The position numbers and the translations under genes were made by a program. The notes below the pieces were generated by a model. That model was not told the DNA's origin, ran no database searches, and saw only the letters and a program-made list of their open reading frames with translations. 64,000 nt of DNA, taken from positions 32,001-96,000 of IMG/VR virus record IMGVR_UViG_3300037249_000541; one strand, 5' to 3'. This document shows positions 57,169 through 64,000 of this stretch, piece after piece (position 1 is the stretch's first letter; each line of letters opens with the position of its first letter). The stretch is from a virus (lineage: Duplodnaviria > Caudoviricetes).

Positions 57169-57660
57169 CTACTTGTTGTCAGTAGCAGGGGGTTCAGTTG
57201 TTGGTGCAGGTTCTGTTACAGGTTCGTCAGTTGAAAGAAGCTCTTTCTTCCTTGCTTCCAATGCAGCTACTCTCTGCTCTGGAGTCATCGAAGCATCTTT
57301 TATTGCTTCAATCTCTTTGTCGATTGCTGCAACTGCTTGTGCGTTCTTGTCGTCTTCTGCCTTCCATAGACGGTAGCCATAGATGTAGTAGACGAGGTCT
57401 TTCTGACGTTCAATCCTGTCGATTCGCTCTTTCTCTTCGTCAGACTGAGACCAAGGGTCGCCGTCCTGAGCGTCCTGGAATTTCTTCTTCAGACCATCGT
57501 AGATTTTCTTCAACGAGCCTACATTGAGTTCATTCATAAGCTGCCATGGGTTGTACCTCTGACCAAGGTTTGTAACGATTGTTTCGCCAGCCACTGTGAA
57601 GGCGGCAATCAGTGTGAACAAGGAAGCCTTGTCACTTGTAGTGAAGTTTACTTTTGCCAT
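57169..57660 (-). CDS. Coiled-coil protein between RNA ligase and vWA gene
   Basis: 163 aa; MTPEQR C-terminal motif. Confidence 0.6.
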   Translation of the reverse strand: MAKVNFTTSDKASLFTLIAAFTVAGETIVTNLGQRYNPWQLMNELNVGSLKKIYDGLKKKFQDAQDGDPWSQSDEEKERIDRIERQKDLVYYIYGYRLWKAEDDKNAQAVAAIDKEIEAIKDASMTPEQRVAALEARKKELLSTDEPVTEPAPTTEPPATDNK

Positions 57661-57684
57661 TTTGTTTTTGTTTTATTTGGTTAT

Positions 57685-58467
57685 TTACTTAGCCGCTTTC
57701 AGTTTCCTAAAATCGACTGTTTTGATTTTTGTTATCACTCTGTTGCCCATTCTGTCGTAGATTGGTACTTCTGGGCGCAATACCAATCCTTCTGCATCAA
57801 GGTTCTTATCTTCGGCTATTGCTGACTTGAAGCCAATAGATACAACATCTATTGCTTCTTCTATTGTCATTTTGCCATAGAATGGAACTGTTGGTGCATT
57901 GAGTTTCTCGGCAATATCTTTCGTCGAATCCCACTCCAAGTACAAGTTATTGACCTTAGTGTCGAATACAATGAATGATACGCCGTTACGAATGTAACCA
58001 CCTCCGCTTTGTATTCCTGCTCCATATCCTTCTCCATAGATTGTCCATTTTGTAGGAATATCATCGATTGTTTCCCACTTATGGTCTTTCCATTCCTCGT
58101 AAGGAATATAAGACTTCAACCCCCAAGCTGCTAATACTTTTTCAGTGGGATAGTTGTCTTCAAGGTGCTTCCTCAATGTTGGTGGAATCTGTGCGTTATC
58201 TGTTTTACCCTTGTAGTCAACTTTGAAATTAACTCCAAGAATCTGACGTATACCTTCTTTGTCTGCTTCTGAATAGACAATCTCGATGGTTACTTCTAAT
58301 CGAATATTTGTGCCATCTATCTTCTCAAAGGCAAGCCAGATGCAATTTTTAAGGTACTCGACAATTTTATCGGAGTAGTCTCCAACAATTATCAAGTCCT
58401 TTGAATCACGCTTAAAGATTGTGTTAATCTTTTGATACGTGTTCTCTGAACGTTTTTGTTTGCTCAT
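57685..58467 (-). CDS. RNA ligase (Rnl2-like nucleotidyltransferase)
   Basis: Motif I EKIDGTN, III YGEGYG, IIIa FIVFD, IV EGLVLR, V KIK. Confidence 0.88.
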   Translation of the reverse strand: MSKQKRSENTYQKINTIFKRDSKDLIIVGDYSDKIVEYLKNCIWLAFEKIDGTNIRLEVTIEIVYSEADKEGIRQILGVNFKVDYKGKTDNAQIPPTLRKHLEDNYPTEKVLAAWGLKSYIPYEEWKDHKWETIDDIPTKWTIYGEGYGAGIQSGGGYIRNGVSFIVFDTKVNNLYLEWDSTKDIAEKLNAPTVPFYGKMTIEEAIDVVSIGFKSAIAEDKNLDAEGLVLRPEVPIYDRMGNRVITKIKTVDFRKLKAAK

Positions 58468-58482
58468 AACTATTAGTTTTAA

Positions 58483-58614
58483 TTAATCCTCTGGTTCATC
58501 ATCAAGGTCTTCATAAGGGCATCCTACGCAAGACCTTAATTGGCATCCATAGCATTCATCATCTTCAAATTGAAGACGACGAGCATCTTGTTGCTGTTGC
58601 TGTTGTTGTTCCAT
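58483..58614 (-). CDS. Acidic Cys4 mini-protein (43 aa, not in ORF track)
   Basis: MEQ7DARRLQFEDDECYGCQLRSCVGCPYEDLDDEPED. Confidence 0.55.
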   Translation of the reverse strand: MEQQQQQQQDARRLQFEDDECYGCQLRSCVGCPYEDLDDEPED

Positions 58615-58644
58615 TTGTTTTTGTTGTTTGTTGTTTGTTGTTTG

Positions 58645-58797
58645 TTACATAATGTCATCTATGTCAAGACCGTCAAGGTCATCATAGATGTCATTATAAT
58701 CATCGTCTTCTTTATCGTCATCATCCCAATTATCAGGAGAATAGTATGCACATATAGTACACCATCCGTGACGACAGTATTTACATTCTATGTTCAT
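58645..58797 (-). CDS. Acidic Cys4 mini-protein (50 aa, not in ORF track)
   Basis: MNIECKYCRHGWCTICAYYSPDNWDDDDKEDDDYNDIYDDLDGLDIDDIM. Confidence 0.55.
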   Translation of the reverse strand: MNIECKYCRHGWCTICAYYSPDNWDDDDKEDDDYNDIYDDLDGLDIDDIM

Positions 58798-58821
58798 TTT
58801 CTTTTTGCTTTAATTTGTTTG

Positions 58822-58903
58822 TATCGGTGGTGGGAATCGAACCCACACTCCTTTCGGATTCAGATTTTGAGTCTGATACGTCTGCCAGTTTCGCCACACC
58901 GAC
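58822..58903 (-). tRNA. tRNA-Leu(CAA)
   Basis: TCAGA-CTCAAAA-TCTGA, long variable arm. Confidence 0.87.
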
Positions 58904-58925
58904 TTGAAATCATTTTGATATTACA

Positions 58926-59156
58926 TTATGTATTTTTAGTTTGACAATAGAAGTAAATATAGAAGTTTGTTATGACTACAGCAACAATAAATAATGCTAT
59001 TGACACTGCAATTATTTCTTTCTTGTGTTTGTACATGTCTTTGAATTCTTTATCACAAGCAAGTGGAATAAAGAACAAGCTTATGATAAACAAAACCCAA
59101 AACATAATCATAAAAAACTTTACATTACCTTCAATGGTTTTTATGAATTCAATCAT
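58926..59156 (-). CDS. Two-TM membrane protein
   Basis: Two hydrophobic helices. Confidence 0.45.
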   Translation of the reverse strand: MIEFIKTIEGNVKFFMIMFWVLFIISLFFIPLACDKEFKDMYKHKKEIIAVSIALFIVAVVITNFYIYFYCQTKNT

Positions 59157-59186
59157 TTCTTTTTGCTTTTAATTATTTAACTTAGT

Positions 59187-59262
59187 AGCGAGGGCAGGAG
59201 TCGAACCTGCAATCTCCGTAGTTGATGGCTACGGTGTGTTTATCCGTTTTCCATCGCCTCGC
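59187..59262 (-). ncRNA. Degenerate tRNA-like RNA
   Basis: GCGAGG/CCTCGC acceptor, good T-arm, CCGTAG-CCATCAA-CTACGG non-canonical anticodon arm. Confidence 0.5.
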
Positions 59263-59275
59263 AATTTTACTACTA

Positions 59276-59713
59276 CTATTGCTTATACCTTAATCTCAAC
59301 GACAATAATGAAAATAACGTTTTCTTTTTTATTATCTTATATTCATTGCCATTAAGCGTTATTGTTCCTTTTGCCACATCAATGATTCCGTTGTTTTGTT
59401 CAATAAAATCAATACCTAAGATTCCATTTAATCCAAAACTTTCATCAACTTCATCAATATCATTTGTTACGGCTGTTTTTAATTTAAATTCGCAATCACT
59501 TACTTTAATTGGTAATTCATAAAAACCAGCCATTTGAACTCCATTAAGATTGCTTATTTGCATATTTTTCAAATGCTTAAACTGTATCTTTTTCTGCATC
59601 AAAGACCTCATCATTTTGTAGTCTTTGTCATATATAATACTACTATCAGCACCTGTATCTATGCACATTGTTAGCTTAGTGGAATCTACTTCAATTTCTA
59701 TCGTAATATTCAT
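59276..59713 (-). CDS. Retropepsin-like aspartic protease
   Basis: IDTGADSS and GILGIDF motifs. Confidence 0.8.
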   Translation of the reverse strand: MNITIEIEVDSTKLTMCIDTGADSSIIYDKDYKMMRSLMQKKIQFKHLKNMQISNLNGVQMAGFYELPIKVSDCEFKLKTAVTNDIDEVDESFGLNGILGIDFIEQNNGIIDVAKGTITLNGNEYKIIKKKTLFSLLSLRLRYKQ

Positions 59714-60289
59714 TATAAATGTTTTTAAGTTATTAATTATATTATCAAATAATACGACGCAAGTTAAGCGACATAAAATAAGATAATATTTAATATCAAA
59801 TAAAAAAAAAGGTTAAAGAAAAATGATGATAAAGAAAGAAAATAAAAAGAACGAAGGAGCGAAGCGACTGAGTGAAATAGAAAAGAGATGATGACAAAGG
59901 AGACCGCTAAGTGTCAAATATAAAAAAAGGTTAGAAGATGATGGCGTACCTATCCAATACCTTGTATTTTCCAGAAAAAAGTAGTATGGGTGAAAGCGAG
60001 GGATATATATGCAGACCCCCTACCCCCTACATTATTTTGGGTCTGTACCCCCGTATTGTTTGTGTATGAAGGTGTTTTGGTTTACTACGTAGGTAGATAC
60101 TTCTTTCTGTTTGCTTTGTTTGGCATCCGCATCATCATCCTTATCTATGTTTATAGTTCTCACTTGCTATTGCTTATGACTATTTCTTTACATATTCTAT
60201 TTCTACTCTATGTCTATGTATTTAAAACTAACCTTTTTTTTTATTTGAGATACAATAATGTATTCTCACAACTTAAATTTTACTACACT

Positions 60290-60622
60290 ATGGCAAAGCA
60301 AAACGCATCCGTAGCGACTTCGAGCAAGTTCGAGGGCTACGACCTCTCCGAGTACGATGAGATTGACAACGAGATTGTTATGTATTTCCGTAACGACCCC
60401 AAGTTGTGGAAAGAAGCCAGTAATGGCAATGGTATGTGTCGTGTAAAACGTAACACGTTTGTGAACGCAACTGAGACAGCAGGCGTAACATCACCCTACG
60501 TTGTAAAACGCAGAACCTATCAGGGTGACGAAACCATCAGTTCTCGTTGGGAGTTTGCAGACGCTAAACCCTCAGAAGGCGACGAGTTGACCGACATTGC
60601 CGACATCATTGCGGCTCTCTAA
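60290..60622 (+). CDS. Hypothetical acidic protein, first gene after strand switch
   Basis: Protein-like composition only from MAKQNAS (60290); hairpin terminator follows. Confidence 0.6.
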   Translation: MAKQNASVATSSKFEGYDLSEYDEIDNEIVMYFRNDPKLWKEASNGNGMCRVKRNTFVNATETAGVTSPYVVKRRTYQGDETISSRWEFADAKPSEGDELTDIADIIAAL

Positions 60623-61209
60623 TCAATCCTATTGTTCAACCATTTGCAACGGCGAATATAAATATATTCGCTGTTGCTTTATTTTTTATACTTGCATCTA
60701 TATCTATATTTATAGTTGCATTACATATCAACAATCATATCTATGTTTATAGTTGCATTGCAACTGCAAGTCCTATGAATTAGTTTCATAAATTTAATTG
60801 CAAATGCTCTTGCCAATCCAGGCCAGCCAAGTCTGCATATCCATTACAGACACAGGCCAGCCAAGTTCAGCAGATGCGTCTGTAATTGCTGTTGCATATG
60901 CTAATGTTAAATGATGTTAAATATCAGTATTTGATGCAACCTTTTTCAAATATTTTTAGTCTAAGCTTATAGTAATAATCTTACGGGTTATGCGCTTAGA
61001 CTAAGTAGCATATATCGGACTACTTAGAGGCTTTGCGAAAATGGTTGCATTTGCAATTGGGTTTGCAAATAAAAACACTATTGCTGCACGATATGTTACT
61101 GTAGGTGCAGTTGCAGGTGCATATCCTCTTTCCGCTCTAATTTTGATTACCATTAAGGTTTAGCATTTACATTATCAATAAAATACTTCTAATTTTATGC
61201 AAATATTAT

Positions 61210-61217
61210 TACCTTTG
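61210..61217 (+). promoter_or_regulatory. Bacteroidota-type -7 promoter element
   Basis: TACCTTTG ~35 nt upstream of 61253. Confidence 0.45.
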
Positions 61218-61252
61218 CATCTGTATTATTAACTAAATAAAAGAAAGAGAAA

Positions 61253-61522
61253 ATGACATTTTATGACATAAAATATTTGTATAAAGACGATTGTTTGCAG
61301 TGCCAATATATAACTGCCTTGTTGGATAAAAACGAGTCTATAACTGACGAAATTAAAAGAATTAATGCATATTCTGAAGAAGGCCAGCTATTGAAGGAAC
61401 AATATGATATCAATCGTGTGCCATACATAATAGTATTTGATTCTAACGGCAATTATATTGGTGGAACAACAATAAACAGCAAAGATGATTTGAATATCAT
61501 AATTAATAATTATATATTTTAG
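61253..61522 (+). CDS. Thioredoxin/glutaredoxin-like protein
   Basis: CLQC motif and cis-Pro VPYI motif. Confidence 0.7.
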   Translation: MTFYDIKYLYKDDCLQCQYITALLDKNESITDEIKRINAYSEEGQLLKEQYDINRVPYIIVFDSNGNYIGGTTINSKDDLNIIINNYIF

Positions 61523-61661
61523 TGACCTATCACTTATTGCTATCTTTTTTTTCTCATCTTCTTTGTCTCTTTTCTTTTCTTTATCATCTAACCTTTTTTT
61601 TATTTTGATTAACTATATTTATTATATGTTAATCTATTGGCTATTAATTAGCTATTGATTA

Positions 61662-61721
61662 TGCCTATAATGGCAACCCAAAATAATAAGGGTTGGGAAG
61701 TTCAATTCTTCTAATAGGCAC
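61662..61721 (+). ncRNA. D-armless tRNA-like RNA
   Basis: TGCCTAT/ATAGGCA, CAACCC/GGGTTG hairpin, GGAAG-TTCAATT-CTTCT T-arm. Confidence 0.5.
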
Positions 61722-61921
61722 GATTAGCAGTTTTTGTATATTTTACTTATAAAATATACTGTCTTCCAAGTATCGGCATTACGACTTGGCGCAGATTAAC
61801 ATAGAGTAAACTATGCTGTGGTAAAGTAAATCTATCTACGAAAAGTAGAAACATCACAAGCTTTGTGCTTCGGAACAATAATTCATAATGTTGAAAATAA
61901 CATTATTGATGTTGGTGTGCA

Positions 61922-62378
61922 ATTCACCCGTAGATAACAAATGTATTGTACTCAATATAGTGTATGTAAATAGCTCCCAGTTTGCATACACTTAGTCTGG
62001 GACTTAGTTTAATATTTTTATGTGTTGACTACAAAGAAATGCAAATAGCCCAACATTAGACCGCATTCGGTGCGGTTAGGCTAAGTATTGTATGTGCATA
62101 CATCTGGTAGTAGATGGTGCAATATGATGCCTGTTGGGATAAGGGTAACTACTGACCTGACAAACCAGTAGTAGATGTATAAGACTGACAGCCCAGAATT
62201 ATATATCGAGCCGTAATAATAAATGCAGCCATTTTGAGGTGGTAATATAATTGTAGCTCAAATATCCATTATATAGACTTGAAAAATTAGTCCGAGTTAG
62301 TTGCGCTATAAATGTATGACGAATACGTATTAAATGCATTAATGATTTCGCGCAAGGAATCATATTATTACGGTGAAT
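61922..62378 (+). ncRNA. Large structured ncRNA candidate (ROOL-like, copy B)
   Basis: No ORF; closed by ATTCACC(C)GTA/TACGGTGAAT; many internal hairpins; ribozyme directly at its 3' end. Confidence 0.55.
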
Positions 62379-62444
62379 GACATCACATTTCAGCCTTCTC
62401 GTGGCGATGTCGTAAGTAAGTAGAAATACTGAAACTAATGAGAT
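62379..62444 (+). ncRNA. HDV/CPEB3-like self-cleaving ribozyme
   Basis: P1 GACATC/GATGTC, P2 ATTTCA/TGAGAT, P3 GCC/GGC, L3 TTCTCGT, P4 AGTA-GAAA-TACT, J4/2 CTAA. Confidence 0.75.
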
Positions 62445-62475
62445 AAAAAAAATAAACTAATATAAATAAAAACAA

Positions 62476-62883
62476 ATGAAAGCAGAAGAAATGAACAATT
62501 TCTGTATCTTCCATAAAGAGCGTGGATTTATCAAATCCTGCTCTACAAAAGAAGAAGTACAGAATTGGATAGATTTCAAAAAAGAAACATTGAAATCATA
62601 TCCTAACGATGCTAAATTGTCAGAGTTTGTATTAACTTTCAAAGGTTATAACCTTGGTAGCATGGATAGTCCATCAATATTAAGGAGTAATCTTGACAAT
62701 GCGATAAAAAGCATTGTTTGGACTCTTGCAAACAACAACAGATTCTTGTTTAATATAGTTGCGTTTGACTTGCAAGAATCAGATTACGTAATGTTGATGC
62801 GAAGTGAAGAATCTCTTACTGATTTCAGGAAAAGAGCATCTTCGGTATTTAATCATACACCAAGATTAGCAATCGCTGAATAA
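62476..62883 (+). CDS. Hypothetical protein
   Basis: 135 aa ORF with A-rich leader. Confidence 0.55.
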   Translation: MKAEEMNNFCIFHKERGFIKSCSTKEEVQNWIDFKKETLKSYPNDAKLSEFVLTFKGYNLGSMDSPSILRSNLDNAIKSIVWTLANNNRFLFNIVAFDLQESDYVMLMRSEESLTDFRKRASSVFNHTPRLAIAE

Positions 62884-62960
62884 GGCTTAGAAAGCCAGAG
62901 TTAAGCCCAATACTGTGTACTGAATTGGGCAAGAGTAATTAATTTCTAAACACATTTATT

Positions 62961-63356
62961 ATGTCAACGTTAGAAGAACGTTACGAGTATTGTAGGAAGC
63001 ATCAGTTTGAAGCTCCTAAGCGTCCGCCAGAACGTGTCAATTTACTCGTAAACGGAGGCGAAATTGAGATTATGGAAGAAGGTGTACTTGTAGGAAACAA
63101 CGCACCAAAGCAAGGTGTAGTTGTTAAGGTGAAGAACATTGAATCTTTCTCGGACTTTAAAAAATGGTGCGAGGGCAATTCAATTCCTACGTACTATACG
63201 AGACTCGACGAACATCTCAGGCCAGTTGGATTTCAATTCTATGATGGAATGCCATATAATGTAGATGGCTGCCATCAGACAATTCGTCTCGACGTCAATG
63301 TTGAGGCAAATGGCGAGGATATAATGGAGATAGCACTCCGTTATTATTCCATCTGA
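62961..63356 (+). CDS. Hypothetical protein
   Basis: 131 aa ORF. Confidence 0.55.
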   Translation: MSTLEERYEYCRKHQFEAPKRPPERVNLLVNGGEIEIMEEGVLVGNNAPKQGVVVKVKNIESFSDFKKWCEGNSIPTYYTRLDEHLRPVGFQFYDGMPYNVDGCHQTIRLDVNVEANGEDIMEIALRYYSI

Positions 63357-63431
63357 CAACATGCCAAAACAAAGAAAAGGCTAATGTTTTCTTTGTACTA
63401 TCTGATAGTTTTTCTTTAATGCTACACACAA

Positions 63432-63470
63432 CCCTGCGTTGGTCAGGCGGTTCGATTCCGCTCGCAGGGG
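63432..63470 (+). ncRNA. tRNA minihelix (acceptor stem + T-arm only)
   Basis: CCCTGCG-TTGGTCA-GGCGG-TTCGATT-CCGCT-CGCAGGG. Confidence 0.6.
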
Positions 63471-63551
63471 CAAACTCTAATTACTCATTAGGATAGGCTT
63501 AAAATCTAATGAGGTATGACATGTGAAGTCTAACATTCAAAAAAGAAGAAT

Positions 63552-63905
63552 ATGGACTCAAATAAGATGGAAAATGGCAAGATATACATAATTGTAGATG
63601 GATTTCACAATACATTTTATATTGGTAGGTTTGATTATTTCAAATTGAAAAAAGCTAATGTAAAAGGAAGTATCGTGATAAAGGATGTAATCTCAATCCT
63701 GGACCATGTATATAATGGAAAAATGCTTTTTTTCGACGAGATGAAGGAAATTTCAGATTCACATTTAGTCGCAAAAGAGTTAACTGGTCCATTTGGAACT
63801 GCATACATTTCCATTGTACAATCAATTAAGTATTTCATGTTGGTTGCCGAAAAATCGTATGGTCTTTTTAAGACTATAAATGATATGAAAGCAGAAAACA
63901 TTTAA
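63552..63905 (+). CDS. Hypothetical protein
   Basis: 117 aa ORF. Confidence 0.5.
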   Translation: MDSNKMENGKIYIIVDGFHNTFYIGRFDYFKLKKANVKGSIVIKDVISILDHVYNGKMLFFDEMKEISDSHLVAKELTGPFGTAYISIVQSIKYFMLVAEKSYGLFKTINDMKAENI

Positions 63906-64000
63906 AACGCAATAAAAAATGGACAAAACAGAAGCTCTTGCTATCTTAAATAGCAAAGTAGAACAAGGTGTTATTGCTGTCTTTGCGCCTAACGATAGTA

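Larger units (their letters stand above)
59796..61608. repeat. Four copies of a 20-mer TAACC(T)n-ATTTGA motif arranged divergently
   Basis: Minus-strand copies 59796-59815 and 59914-59933; plus-strand copies 60229-60248 and 61589-61608. Confidence 0.7.

Noticed and set aside
1185-59172. Plus-strand ORFs antisense to minus-strand genes
   Set aside because: Shadow ORFs with no motifs, lying opposite well-supported genes or RNAs
59990-60289. Hydrophobic N-terminal 100 aa of ORF 59990-60622
   Set aside because: Translation of T-rich regulatory DNA; the plausible start is 60290
1-64000. Stop-codon reassignment as seen in some crAss-like phages
   Set aside because: MCP, portal and TerL are intact in the standard code, and no CTA/TCA suppressor tRNA was found

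Overview
AT-rich window from a crAss-like bacteriophage (Crassvirales, Bacteroidota host; gene order resembles the crAss001 type), read in the standard genetic code. Genes are on the minus strand up to about 59.7 kb, then switch to the plus strand. 0-19.5 kb is the virion module: ring proteins, major capsid, scaffold, fibre proteins, portal and TerL. 19.5-33 kb holds ThyX, a GroES-like protein, small accessory genes and a cluster of 13 tRNAs. 32-50 kb holds dUTPase, family-B DNA polymerase, exonuclease, a complete ubiquitin-like conjugation operon (Ubl-E2-JAB-E1), primase, SSB, an AAA ATPase and DnaB. The most striking feature is at 50.3-58.5 kb. An Rnl2-type RNA ligase and a TROVE/Ro60-like vWA protein (DUF2828-like) lie upstream of a ~5 kb, largely non-coding array. 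A covarying RNA hairpin module (7-8 bp stem followed by an unpaired ACAA) occurs 16 times across this locus. It is grafted onto whole tRNAs, into tRNA D- or anticodon arms, or around isolated anticodon stem-loops, and one copy sequesters the start codon of the vWA gene itself. This looks like a phage-encoded Ro/Y-RNA-like system with a diversified tRNA-mimic repertoire. Also present are circularly permuted tRNA mimics, two related ~420-460 nt large ncRNA candidates (ROOL-like), and an HDV/CPEB3-like ribozyme placed exactly at the 3' end of one of them. All calls come from reading the sequence by eye; no searches were run.
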